Position numbers and translations under genes: made by a program
The notes under the pieces: generated by a model
Databases searched by the model: none
Seen by the model: the letters and a program-made list of their open reading frames with translations, nothing else
What the model was told of the DNA's origin: nothing
DNA from: Octopus sinensis
Taxonomy: Eukaryota
Length of the DNA stretch: 64,000 bases
Reading direction: 5' to 3'
Assembly (NCBI RefSeq): GCF_006345805.1
Contig: NC_043010.1
Span: 38,006,001-38,070,000 of the forward strand
Shown here: piece by piece, positions 1-12,960 of the stretch
Layout: each line of letters opens with the position of its first letter
How positions within the stretch are numbered: position 1 is the first letter of the stretch

Positions 1-549
1 TCATTTCATTTTATTTCATTCTATTTTATTTTATTTTTAATGCACCTATAACACTATCAGAAAAGAGTAATTTAATTCCTTGTACCTATTTGAGTACTAC
101 ACAGTACTACACTACTACAAGTACTGCACTGCTACAAGTACATATTTGACCCATTACTGCTTGACCTAAGTTATCAGCCCAAATTTTAGCTCGTGGCTTG
201 CAACCCAATTCCAGAGGTTGTCGTTGTTGTAATCATGGTTAACTTGAAGTCTATTATAATATTCTTTTCCACTCTTGGCATAAGGCCTGAAATTTGGGGG
301 GGAGGGCACCAGCGATTAGATTGATCCCAGTATGCAACTGGTACTTAATTTATCGACCCCAAAATGATGAAAAACAAAGTCGACCTTAGTGGAATTTGAA
401 CTCAGAACGTAAAGGCAGACGAAATACCACTTAGCATTTTGACGGGTATGCTAGCAATTCAGCCAACTCACCACCTTCAGAGGCATCATCATCATCATCA
501 TCATCGTTTAATATTAATATTAGATTTAATATTTTAATATTAGATTTAA

Positions 550-769
550 CCCTTTCATTACTGTATTTATTTTCAGATGTTCTGTGTTTATTTCAATTAC
601 TTTAAATGTAACAAAGAATTTAGTAAAATAACTTAGTTATCATTCAGTTAGTGTTAGGAACATAAATTGTGACTAAGCTTTGGTGGAAGATTTTAATTAA
701 AAACTTATGGAAATAAGACATTTGTACTCAGAGCCAGTGCCAGTTTTAGCCTGGTTGGTAACAAAAGGG
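550..769. mobile_element. piggyBac-type MITE (family P1)
   Basis: TTAA-CCCTTT...AAAGGG-(T)TTAA ends; an inverted second copy lies at 29334-29553. Confidence 0.85.
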
Positions 770-3700
770 TTTAATATGTCAATGATCTGGTAGGATCATT
801 ACCGCACTGGAAACATTACTTAGGGGCATAATGCTGCTGGAGTTGGCTTTGCCTTTTATTCTTTTGGGGCTGGTAAAAGAAGTACCAGTTGAACAGTTGG
901 GTTGATTTAATCAACTTAACCCCTCTCCCGAAATTGCTGGCCTTGTGCCAAAATTTGAAGCCAATATTACATTTAAATTGCGTTCACTGACCTTTTCCTA
1001 CACACACATACACACACAACAGCCTGCTTGGGAATTTAATGTGCAAGTGGCTGAGTACTCCATAGACACGCATACACATATTCACATGTGATTGGGAAGC
1101 AAACGTCTTAATCACTCTCCCATGCTTGTCCCAGAACCTATTTTTACACTTCACTCTCTGCTACTCTGAATCTGTTGGGTGTCTGTCTGTCTCTGCCCAA
1201 CTGGTATTCCATCCTATGTAGCCCCTAAGAATGAATCTCAATACCTACCTTTTAGTAACCCCTAACACTTGCCTTACATCCTTCTTAAACCCTACCAGTT
1301 GTCCTCTACCATTTTCCAGCCTAACACCCGTCTTCTGTCCTTCTTAACCTCTGCCTTCTTAAAACCCTTACACTTTCTTGATGCTTCTCAGGAATGTCTG
1401 TATTATTTTAGCTCATGCACTAACATGTTTCCTTGGGTTTTTGCTATTCATGTAACAGACACTATACTTACATATATACACACATTCACATACCCACTTA
1501 CGCAAATTCATATCCTTACAAACAAACTCACATGACAAAATATACTTTTGTATGCAGTTATAAATTTTTCCCGGCTTCTTCATAACTTCATGTTCTTGTG
1601 TGTATAATATATGACTGTACGCTTATCATAACTATCACTTCTTTATTCAGTTTGCCTATGTCTCTCTATTTCTCTCTCTCTCTCACAATAACCCCCAAAG
1701 ACAATTACTCCTGAGGACAACAAATGATGATACAAAACTTCTTAATATAGTGGAGAAGGGCTAATTGTCCTAGGGGGTAGTTGTCACCGAGGGGGGTATT
1801 GTCCTATGGGAGGTAATTGTCTTGATATGCTCTCTCTCAAACACACACATTGAATTTACATTTTATATTTTCAAACAAAATATGACTGTGTGATAAGAAG
1901 CTTGCTTCCCAACCACATGGTTTTAGGTTCAATCACACTGAATGGCACTTTGGGCAAGTGCTTTCTATTATAGTCCCAGGCCAGCCAAAGCCTTGTGAGT
2001 GGATTTTGGAGAAGGAAACTGAAAGAAGCACATCATGTGTGTGTTTGTGTGTGTGTGTGTGTGCATGTGTGTGCATGCATCTTTATGTCTGTGTTTGTCA
2101 CCTACCACCACTTGCCAACTGAAGTCCTGAAGTCGATTCATTTGACTAAAAAGTTCTTCAAAGCAGTACCCCAGCATGGCAGCAGCCTCAGCATGGTCAT
2201 AGTCTTATGACTAACACAACCAAAAGATAAAAGAAAATGTATATATATATAAAGTGGAGGCACATGGCCTAGTGGTTAGAGTAGTGGACTCGCGGTCAAG
2301 GGATCGCAGGTTCAAATCTCAGACCGGGCGATGTGTGCGTTTATGAGTGAAACACCTAAGCTCCACACTGCTCCGGCAGAAGGTAATGGCGAACTTCTGC
2401 TGACTCTTTCACCACAACTTTCTTTCCTCTCTTTCCTCCTGCATCTTGCAGCTCACCTGCGATGGACCGGCGTCTCATCCTGGTGGGGAACCTATATGCC
2501 AAGGAAACCGGAAAACCGGCCCTTATGAGCCAGGCGTGACTCGAGAAGGAACAAACAGCATACATATATAACAAGCAAACTAACTAGTTAGGAAAATCTA
2601 TAGAAGAGATCAAAGCAGTATTTATACTGAGCCATAGCGTTTAATCCCACCTAAACACAGGTGTTCCCTAGGAAGCAACCATACTGCTAATTCAGCCCCG
2701 GGGAGACACCTCCTCCTGCTAGTTATTCAGTGTACTCTGCACTCAATTTATGTTTCAGATGAGGAGAGAACTCCCTACTATTTTAGCCCAGAGGGATATC
2801 CTAGGGTTAAAATACCAGTATCGTTTATTGCTAAGGAATGCTTCTATATATATATATATATATATATTTGTTCAAAAATACAAAGTGTATATTTGATATA
2901 GAGCAAAAATATAAGGTCTTAAGGTCCTGGGAGGGTAGATAGACAGTGTATTACTAATGGGGTGTTTAGCCCAAGTTTTAGTCTATCTACATTGCCTAAT
3001 GTCGAAAATCCAGACTAATATCAAAGTTATTCAGGTAGAAAGAACCTCCTGGTTTCACTACCATAAAAACCATTGTGTGGGTTTAGTAAGAAGTAAATAT
3101 AATTCAAATATAAAGAGGAAGAAAGACTTTAATACATCTTTAAAGATCTGTTACGATTGTTTCTGTACCAACACTGCTTTCAACACCAGTTCATGCAAAA
3201 ATCCCAAGTGAAAATTTATGTGATATTTGTGGTTTTAACCATTAGAGTGGCACTTCCTCAGACCTGCATCAAAGGTGCGCTCCGACATTAAAGATGTGTT
3301 AAGGCCTTTCTTTGTCTTCTTATCCGGATTGTGCGTATTTGTTATGATTCACTCCATCACCATACAATTTCCTGCTGTGTGCAATTCTTCAAGTGACAAA
3401 AAGTCAAATCGAAATGTATTGAGTACTTTTTCTCTCCTTCATGTACAATCCAGTGTGTGCATGTATGTGCGTGTATGTACTTGTATGTGCATGTATGTGC
3501 TTGTGTGTGTGTTAAAGAGACAATTTGTGATTAAACTAGGATTGGTTTTCATTTTCAGATATCAGATGTAAATGTATAGTTTTTCTTTTGTTTTCTTTTG
3601 TCTTGTCTCCTTTCTGCAGATAGGTCAGGGAGATGAACAGTCATGCTGGTCTTTTTTTTTTGTTTTTTTTCTATTTTCTTTCTTGATATCTTGCACTTAC

Positions 3701-3822
3701 ATTGAATCATAATGTAGATATGTGTGTGTATGTATGTGTGCATATATGTATATAAATGGATCTATACATATACATATGCTTATGTATATAGATACTCATA
3801 CATGTTTGTAGACATGTTTATA

Positions 3823-3859
<37 letters not shown>

Positions 3860-3960
3860 TTACATACACTCATACACAGATACACGTATATTTATGTGTG
3901 TGCATGTGATATATGTAACATATATTTACAAACATAATTATACATATATAGAAATATGTT

Positions 3961-4000
<40 letters not shown>

Positions 4001-4224
4001 TACACAAAAGTGTGTGTGTGTATACATATTTGCACTTACATGCCGTGCAACTTCCATTTCTCTCATTTTATATCAGTGTTTCTCTTCTTCGTATTAACCT
4101 CTCAATTTTTTTTTTTTTTTTTTTTTACCTTTTTCTCATTTCCCACCAGTTTCAACCAATTTTTTATATCTCTCTCTCTCTCTCTCTTTCTTCACCTTTC
4201 GTTGCAGAAAAGTCTTTGAGGAGA

Positions 4225-4239
4225 ATGCTGCAGAGATAG
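4225..4239 (+). promoter_or_regulatory. Short upstream ORF (MLQR*) in the MGAT1 5'UTR
   Basis: gagaATGCTGCAGAGATAG, with A at -3; it stops 11 nt before the main ATG and is out of frame with it. Confidence 0.55.
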
Positions 4240-4250
4240 GTAACAAGAGG

Positions 4251-4346
4251 ATGCGCCATAAGCACGTGGTGGGCGTGGTCATCACCGTGTTCCTCTCATG
4301 GAACCTCCTGACTTACTACGTCCTTGTATCTCGTCAACACGGAAAG
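4251..4346 (+). CDS. MGAT1: MGAT1 coding exon 1 (aa 1-32, MRHKHVVGVVITVFLSWNLLTYYVLVSRQHGK): cytoplasmic tail and type II signal anchor
   Basis: ATG at 4251, basic tail then hydrophobic stretch. Acceptor ...cctttcgttgcag ends at 4207; donor AAG|GTAAAT at 4347; phase 0. Confidence 0.88.
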
Positions 4347-4794
4347 GTAAATCTCTTTGCGTTGTTTGCGGTCACATCTTGGCCATGTTGTCAGATGAAA
4401 ATAGAAAAAAAAAAAATGGTTGGTTGGTAACTGAGTGGTTTGGCTTGTGGATGGATGGATGGATGGATGGACAGACGGACGGACAGCTGACAGATGCGCA
4501 AAGATGTGGGTGAGTAAATGGATGGATGGTTGCGTGAGTCTATGGTTGAGCAGATGGATTTTACAGTCGGTTGATAAGGATACTGGCTGGCTGTTGTCAA
4601 GACAGAGTGACAGTGATATCTTGATTGTTTGTGACTGACAAACTGGTAGATAGATGGAAACAAATGATTGATTTGATATGTTGATTGATAGATAGGCAAA
4701 TAGATGGACGGATAGACAAACACACAGACAAGCAGGCAACTTTGATATATGGTCAGGCAGGTGGACAAACAGATAGATGAACATACGCATGCAT

Positions 4795-4827
<33 letters not shown>

Positions 4828-5040
4828 TTGATGGATAGAAAGAATGATAGACAGCTAGATAGATATATTGATAGTGATAGATAGACATACAGATAGATAG
4901 AGAGAATGAAACTGATAGGGACATAAATTAATAGATCAATAGGTGGATAGATAGATTTTCAGAGAGACAAAAAGACAACCAATAATCTATTGTTAGACAG
5001 ATTGATAGAGAAATAGATAGATAGAGGGAGATAGAGAGAT

Positions 5041-6768
5041 GTTTCATTGACCACACAGGGTTGAACACAGAGGAGACAAAATACAAAGTAGAGCTTTTCT
5101 TTTTTGGGAAGAGAAGAAGGAAAAACAGGGTGGAGGTAGAAATTTGATCAAAAGGGATTGTAAAAAAAAAATTTTTTTTAAAGGTTGATCAATAGGGATC
5201 GTGTAACACAAATGTCATAGTGTAAAAAGGGGAAACAGATTAGGTTTATCTGTGGAAAGAAAAGCCTACAGAAAAGACCACAGTAACCTCGGGCGATAAT
5301 GTCATGCAAAAAAAAACCGCATTACAGAGACTCCCTTTTTTTCCTTTTTTGTTTTTTGGTTCATAGGATTAAGCTCAAGGTGGCTTCGTCAATCACACGT
5401 GCCATCGTTGCTACATTCACCCATCATTTTTGAAACGTTCGCTAGACAAAACTACCCTCTCTACTTTCACCTTCCTCTTCAAGTGATACTTGAAGAAGTT
5501 GATGAGAGATTCACCAGAGAGGAAAGTGTTTGTCTCTAGACCTTTCAGACGCGTCCACCATACACATTCTTTCACCATAGCAACAAGTACAATGAAAATG
5601 GCTCTTCCTTCCCGTTTCAAGGAAGGAGGTGCGACAATATTCACAATAGACTTACTTGATAAACTGACTCATTCCACACATGATAGCAGTCGTTTGACAT
5701 AGGTCCACAGGTCAGAAATGGTTGGACATTGTACGAGTGCATGCAGAATGGTTTCATTGCTCTGACTGCATCTCGGGCAGGTCAGCCCCGTATTTCTGTA
5801 GCCATACCTGTAGAGCTTATCCTGAACAAGTAGCACTTCTCAATAGCACTGCCAGGCCAGGGATCTCTGGAAGTTGTCCATTGGTCCCGGCCCGAAAGTT
5901 GTCTTGAACAGGCAGGTCAGGTATTCCTCGTCAAGGCCCAGGTTCTCCCCGAGATCGTCAATGTACCTCCCCTCCACTAATCCCCTATAGAATGATTTGG
6001 TTATGTTGAAGTCACTCAAGGTCAGCCTGGGACGGCATAGTTGCTTGAGAGTAATGCAACACTCGTGGTGCTATTCGCCCTTCCTCGGCCTCTTTTTGAT
6101 CCATGACTGCAGTTCAGTCATGGAGACAAGCTGTGGGAAAGTGCACCTCACAAACAGCAACCACATCTGTTCACCGTCTGCGTAGAGCCGGAGATGTCGC
6201 AGTCTCAATGCGTGTCTGTGCATCATCAACCATGGCATGCCCAGCCCTCCTTTTAATGGGTGTTGGCAGCAAACGGATCACCTGACCATTGGAACACATC
6301 CTTTCCACAAAAAGAGGAAGAGAATGCGTTCTAGTTAGGTGATGGTAGGGTTGGGACAGGGCACAATGGTCAGGTGGTAGTAGATGATGGACGCAATGTA
6401 TGTGTTAGCCACCTCCACCCGACCTTTTAGGGACAGCTTCCTCTCAGCCCATTGCCGAGTGAGAGTGATCACTCTACTCATTATCTTGTTCCAGTTCTTC
6501 TGCGTTTGGAGGTCCAGACCAAACCAGATCCTGAGCAACTCGACTGGACCATCGGTCCAGCGTCCCATGATGGAGGCACTGGTGGACGGCATAGGCTTGC
6601 TTTTCCAGGTACCAAGCCGCAAGCCCACTGACTTTTCCCGGTAGATTTTCTCTCCTGATACCGCTTCATAGTCTTTCAGTGTCTTGCTGACCAGCTCGAT
6701 GTGCTCCTGGCTAGACACTATGACAGTGACGTCGACCGCATATACAGACACGCTCGCCCTGCATCCCA
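5041..6768 (-). mobile_element. 5'-truncated, degenerate Tx1/L1-clade non-LTR retrotransposon (RT C-terminal half, zf-RVT CCHC region, ~320-nt 3'UTR)
   Basis: Minus-strand peptides SVYAVDVTVIV (YADD box variant), KIYREKSVGLRLGTW, RKLSLKGRVEVAN, GGLGMP, CPRCSQSNETILHALVQC and VKECVWWTRLKGL, with stops and frameshifts; ORF ends near 5361. Confidence 0.88.
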
Positions 6769-6824
6769 AGATAGATAGAGAAACAGGAAGAGAGAGAGAG
6801 AGAGAAAAAAAGATAGATAGAGAA

Positions 6825-6865
<41 letters not shown>

Positions 6866-8350
6866 CCAGCTGATAATTGATTACTTAATTAGTGGGCAAG
6901 CAATTGATAGATTAATTGGCAGGTAGATAACAGGCAAACCGATGGATAGACGACATGATAGGCTAATAGAAAGACTCCCATCAATTGGATAGATTAATTG
7001 CTAGTTTGAGAAACCAATAGATGGATTGACAGATACATTGACAAAGTGTTAGGCAGGCAAATAGCTAACATGACATAGCAATAGACAGACTGACAGAGAA
7101 ACTAACAGAACGAGGGATCTACAGATAGATTTATTGGCTTACAGTCAAACTAAGACACATGCATACCGATTGATAAACTAACATATTCCTGTTTTACTTT
7201 TCTTGAAAAGAACTGCTATTAATTCTTTGAAATTTCTTTCCCTGTTTTTTTTTTAAACAGTATGCAAATTTTAATTTTTGTGTAAATTTTATTTTCTGCT
7301 TTGATTCTTTGATTCATTCGCTTGCGTTTAACTATAGGTTCTTCATGCAGAAGGTGTTTCTTTTATTGTCTTTTACTTGTTTTAGTCATTAGACTGTGGC
7401 CATGCTGGGGCACCGCCTAGGAGAGACTTTAGTTTAGATTTCTTTTAAGCCTACAACTTATTCTATCAGTCACTTTTGCCCAACTGCTAAGTTGCAGGGA
7501 TGTAAACAAATGATGATGATGATGATGATTAGTAGTAGTAGTAGTAGTAGTAGTTGTAGTAGTTAAATGTTAATGGGTTAAGTGTTTTGTTTCAATATTT
7601 CTCTTGAAATACAGTACCATACCTTTGTTTTGATTACTTTTGAAAATAATGAAGAGTTTACTAAAATAACTTTCGCATTATTAATTTGGTGTTTGAAGAT
7701 GGCAAGCTGGCAGAATCGTTATCACGCCGGGAAAAATCCTTTGCGGTATTTCATCTGCCGCTATGTTCTGAGTTCAAATTCCACCGAGGTCAACTTTGCC
7801 TTTCATCCTTTTGGGGTTGATTAAATAAGTACCAGTTACGCACTGGGGTCGCTATAATCGACTTAATCCATTTGTCTGTCCTTGTTTGTCCCTTCTGTGT
7901 TTAGCCCCTTGTAGGTAGTAAAGAAATAGGTATTTCGTCTGCTGCTCCGTTCTGTGTTCAAATTCCACTGAGGTCAACTTTGCCTTTCATCCTTTGAGGG
8001 TTGATGAAATAGGTACCAGTTACACATTGGATTTGATGTAATTGACTAGCCCCCTTCCCCCAAAACAATTTTCAAGGCCTTGTGGCTGGAGTATAAATAA
8101 TTATTTTGCATTACTCCAGTTCACTTTCCTGTAGAAACGGGTTGCAATATCACTAGTGCTAAGCTATATTGGCCTTTGCCTTACCCCTGGATAACATCAG
8201 TGGCATGGAGAAGGGAAGCTGGTATACATGGGCAACTGCTGGTCTTCCACAAAACAACCTTGCACGGATTTGTGCCTTGGAGAGGAACTTTCTAGGTGCA
8301 ATCCCATGGTAATTCTTGACCAAAGGGAACCTTTACCCATTATGTATGTA

Positions 8351-8426
<76 letters not shown>

Positions 8427-9164
8427 ATCAATAGGATATATAGTTAATCATCCCTGCCAGTTAACATTATGAAATCAGTGATGTTCATGTGGGTGGTGGG
8501 GAGATGGGGCGGGACAATTAATCATATTCTCTTGATGTAAAACCAAAATGTTCTCTCTCCGATTATAATCCAGGATGGACTTAAAGATTGTTAAAGATAA
8601 GGCTAAGCCTTATCTTTAACAATCTCTAAGTCTATCCAGGATTATATTTCGCTTCCTTTACAATTACCACCATGGAGCTGCCGTTGTGATACATGCTTCA
8701 GGAGAAATAAAAAATAATTTTTAAAAATGGAATTTTGTTTTTAGAAGCAATACCCTGTCCCAGCTTCCTTTCTGCTGTGATATTGAATCTTTATAAGGCA
8801 TTGTTGTTGTAGTTGTTGTTATTGTTATTTAGTTGTCTTTATTTTATTGTGTACATTTGTTGCATTGCGGAGCACATTTTTGGTTTCGTGTTTTCTGTTG
8901 TACTGATTGTACTTGATATAACGTGTGTGTGCAGTGTTTAGTTATGCTATTTTCTGTGTGTCATTGTCGTCATAATCTCCGTTTCAACATCACTTTTCCC
9001 ATGCTTGGCATGGATTATACAAAGTTTGTTGATGCAGATTTTCTATGGCTGGATGCCCTTTCTGTTGCCGACCCTTGCCTATGGAAATCGAAGGATGTTG
9101 CCTGTATGATGGTTACACTCATTTATGACTATTACACAGTGTCAGTGCAAGGTGACAGTAACAC

Positions 9165-9520
9165 ATGCATGCATACGCACTCATTCACTCACTCCCTCGC
9201 TCGCTCACTCACTCCCTCGCTCGCTCACTCGCTCGCTCGCTCACTCACTCCCTCACTCACTCGCTCACTCAATCCCCCACTCACTCCCTCACTCACTCAC
9301 TTGCTCATTCACTCTCCCACTCGCTCACTCACTTCCAAGCTCACTCACTCACTCTCCCACTCGCTCACTCTCCCACTCGCTCACTCACTCACTCCCAAGC
9401 TCACTCACTCGCTCACTCTCCCACTCGCTCACTCACTCACTCCCAAGCTCACTCACTCGCTCGCCCACTCACTTGCTCATTCACTCTCCCACTCTCTCCC
9501 TCACTCGCTCACTCACTTGG
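9165..9520. repeat. (CTCA/CTCG)n compound microsatellite/minisatellite
   Basis: Seen directly in the sequence. Confidence 0.95.
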
Positions 9521-9695
9521 CATCAGATGGACCCAGGCTATAACAACAGAACTGAACCTAAAGGTGTTCTTTAATAAAAGGAATTTCATATTTTCTTTGT
9601 CCTTTCTTTAAACTTAAGGTAACATCACCATCATTGCTGTTGAGTCCATTTGATGTTGATTTCTGATCTCCCTTGTCTTCTCTTTCCATTCCAAG

Positions 9696-9813
9696 ATGGA
9701 TTCACCAGAGACCATACGAGACCGGTTGAAAAAGATAGAGGAAGACATCCACCAACAAATGAACGAGAACGAAAAATTACTAAGGCAACTCCAAAGATAC
9801 AGAAAAACATCTG
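9696..9813 (+). CDS. MGAT1: MGAT1 coding exon 2 (aa 33-72, MDSPETIRDRLKKIEEDIHQQMNENEKLLRQLQRYRKTS-G): coiled-coil stem
   Basis: Pyrimidine tract plus ccaag acceptor; donor CTG|GTAAGG at 9814. Phase 0 in, phase 1 out matches the neighbouring exons; heptad-like pattern. Confidence 0.85.
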
Positions 9814-11479
9814 GTAAGGAATGGCTTGACCTGTTGGTTTCTCATTTTTGTCACTTTGTTGTTTGTTTATTTGGAGAGAGAGAGAGAGAGGTGAGGGCAA
9901 GGACTGAATGAAAGAGAGGATGGGGAGAGATAGATAGAGAACAAGAAGTTGCTGAACACCAAACTCTTTAAGATGTCTGGAATCTGCTAAGAACAAGCTT
10001 AACAGTTTTGTTTCTTAATCTTGTCATTTTTTTCTTTGTGTGTGTGTGTGTACCTTCGAAACGCGGAGTAGATGAAACAGAGGCGACTGAAGAAGGGGGA
10101 TTTTCCGTGTGTTGTATGTCCTGTACTCTGTTTTTTCGTTGTTTTCCTTGGTTTTGTGTTTGTTTTCATTTCTCATTGTGTTCGACGTTTTTTTTTTTGG
10201 TGTCCTGTACCCATATATGCATGTAGATATACGTACGTACATATATGTATGTATATATGCATATGTTTTATTTATTAATTTGTTAATATATGACGGAATG
10301 CACACATCCATTTCTAAGTAAGTTTTTTCTTTATATATATATATATATATGTATGCATGTATAGTTCAGTGATTAGAGTGTCACGCTCACAATCATGAGG
10401 CAATGAGTTCAGTTCCTAGACTGGGCTGTGTGTTGTGTTCTTGAGCAATACACTTTATTTCACGTTGCTCCAGTTCACTCAGCTGTAAAAATGGTTTGCA
10501 ATGTCACTGGTGCCAAGTTGTATCAGCCCCTTTGCCTTTCCCTTGGATAGCATCGGTGGCATAGAAAGGGAAGGCTGGTATGCATGGGTGACTGCTGGTC
10601 TTCCATAAACAACTTGCCTGGATTCGTACCTTGGGGGGTAACTTTCTAATTGCAATCCCACGGTCATTCTTAACCAAAAGGGGTCCATAATCTACACACA
10701 CACACCTGTTATATATGTCCTACATCCTGCAACCTACATGTTGAAGCACCTAGATTCTAATGAATCTTGTAACTAATGTAATATATATATTGTCTGTTAC
10801 TTTGATGTGGAGAATTGGACTTTGCCTGTGGCCTTTGCTGACCATTTAATACTGGTGAGATCAATGTACTTAACAGTCATCATTATCATCATCATTATTT
10901 GATGTCTGGCTTCCATGCTGGTAAGGGTTGGATGGCACTACAGGATCCAATGAGTGGGAGAAAAGCATCGTAATCTAATGTCTCTTTTGGCATTATTTCT
11001 GCAGCTGAATATCCTTCCTAATGCCAACCACTTCAAAGAATTGCATCAACTCAAGGGAAGTGATAAAATAACTCACAAGACAATGATGATGATGATGATC
11101 CCATAAGTTTAAAGAAGCTGACAGCTGCAGGTAAAACCATGGGCACAGCTGGTATTCCACAGAGATGATGTTTTGTGGTAGGACTATGATATTGGTTCAT
11201 TTGAAGCATGGTGTTGGTGATGAGGCATTATTGACGATGGTTGAAGTGATGAGAAGAGGAATGACAGGTGACTGCAAAGTACCTGAGCAGAAGTGGTATT
11301 CAACCAATTTGTTCTATGGAGCAAAGACCACTGCAGTAGCAGTACAAAAGGCAGGGAGAGGACATAGCACATCTGTTCATAAGAGGCTGAGGCATGTTGG
11401 CGAGTGATTTCGTGCCAATCAGCTTGGGTGGCTTTTATTTTTTAGATCCCCTCCGATGGGTCTTTGGAGTAATGTTACT

Positions 11480-11800
11480 CAATAGGGTGCATAGCTCAGA
11501 GATAAGGGAGCCACTACTTCTCCGAATTGGGAGATCACAGCTCTGATACTATGGATATCTGATCACAGCTTTAATACTGTTGATGTCACCAGGAAAGAAT
11601 CACTAGATAGGTTTTAAGGACAAAAACCAAGCAGCAGGAAACCGAAGGGTAAGCCACAAGCAAGATGATCAAATAACATCCATGAGCTCAGTTAGTCTCA
11701 CTTATGGGATCCAACTGGATCAGTTAGAGGCAGTTGCTTCTAACAGGGCCTGATGGAAAGCATGTTTGAAGACTCTACCCCTACAACCCTTACAGGATTA
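11480..11800 (+). pseudogene. Degraded RTE-type LINE ORF2 C-terminal remnant
   Basis: Hand translation with stops and frameshifts gives LLRIGRSQL*YYGYL, KPKGKPQAR*SNNI and GIQLDQLEAVASNRA*WKACL, resembling the RTE pattern IERSQLRWFGHL...GRP..RW.D.I...A.DR..W. Confidence 0.55.
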
Positions 11801-12619
11801 AATAAGTGAAGAAGATGAGATGAGACGGATGTAGTCTAACATGCTGGCGTGAAGCAGCATTACCATCCAAGACGTTGGAACACCACTACATTGTCGGATC
11901 TACCTGTGACCTGTAGAATGTAAATAGTTGCTAGGGGTGGGTGGTGGGCGGTGAAAGGATTTTTTTTTTCTTTTACGCTTCAGCAGCTGGCTATTGTTCA
12001 GCATACCGCTGGCTTCATTTTTCATCCTCTTGACAGTGTGGGTTGATGAAATAAAATACCAGTCAGACACTAGGGGTCGATGTAATCAACTTGCATCCCC
12101 CACTTCCCTTTAATGGCCTTGTGCCAAAATTAGAAAGAATTATTATTGTTATTGTTAACATCATCATTGTCATTCTCATCTTTGTGAGTATTCAGTATAG
12201 ATTTTCATCTTTGTGGCTTTGTTGGAGTGAAATCAATGAAATTAGTTGTGGCTCATTATTTAATCAAGATAACGAGGTTTTAGTTTGTGCTGGCTAGCAT
12301 TTGTTGTTGCTTGTTATATTTGTGCATGATATATTAGTTACTGTTGTCAGGGATGCTTACTCTTGTTATTACAGAATTACGGTAATTCATTCTTACGACT
12401 GTGCAAACATACCCCTAACTGCATACACATACACACACGTGCACACACATACATGCAAAATACATTCACATACATTTTATATATACATATAGTTGTGTGT
12501 GTATTTTTATACATATGCATGTTTATTTACACACACACATACATACACAAGATATGCATACATTCATAGTAACACAATACATTCAGATACCATATATAAT
12601 GTAGGTGTATATATATATA

Positions 12620-12960
12620 TATGCACACACCATTCGTGTATGATCATTACCAGTGTCGCATTACTGGCACTTGTGCTGGTGGCACATGAAAAAATTCCTT
12701 CGAGCGAGATCGTTGCCAGTGCAGGTAGCACGTAAAAAACACCAGTTGAGCATGGCTGTTGCCAATACTGCCTGACTGGCCCTTGTGCCAGTGGCACCCA
12801 CTACACTCTCGGAGTGGTTGGCGTTAGGAAGGGCATCCAGCTGTAGAAACTCTGCCAGATCAGATTGGAGCCTGGTGCAGCCATCTGGTTTGCTAGTACT
12901 CAGTCAAATTGTCCAACCCATGCTAGCATGGAAAGCGGACGTTAAACGATGATGATGATG
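12620..12960 (+). mobile_element. Family E non-autonomous retroposon with (GAT)n tail and internal ~55-60-bp tandem units; representative copy
   Basis: Shared 3' end ..ggaagggcatccagctgtagaaac..ccaacccatgctagcatggaaagcggacgttaaacgatgatgat. Copies at 15140-15870(-), 39230-39600(+), 45720-46140(-), 47950-48920(+), 56650-57000(+) and 57505-57740(+). Confidence 0.85.

Noticed and set aside
2253-2330. tRNA genes at SINE heads (also 25030-25112, 33160-33237, 38907-38975, 44674-44745, 52612-52690)
   Set aside because: A/B boxes are present, but acceptor stems do not close and each continues into a SINE body.
3595-3630. Acceptor-like ttctgcag at ~3619 as an alternative 5'UTR exon
   Set aside because: No way to validate without transcripts; such motifs are frequent in this composition. 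No promoter could be identified either.
8923-9611. 150-206-aa Ser/Leu/Thr/His ORFs
   Set aside because: Products of the (CTCA)n repeat.
10050-10110. CGAAAC...CTGAAGA as a circularly permuted (type II) hammerhead
   Set aside because: Stem II can be drawn with wobbles, but stem I does not form (G opposite A at the core-closing pair); it may be a remnant of a related terminus but is not supportable.
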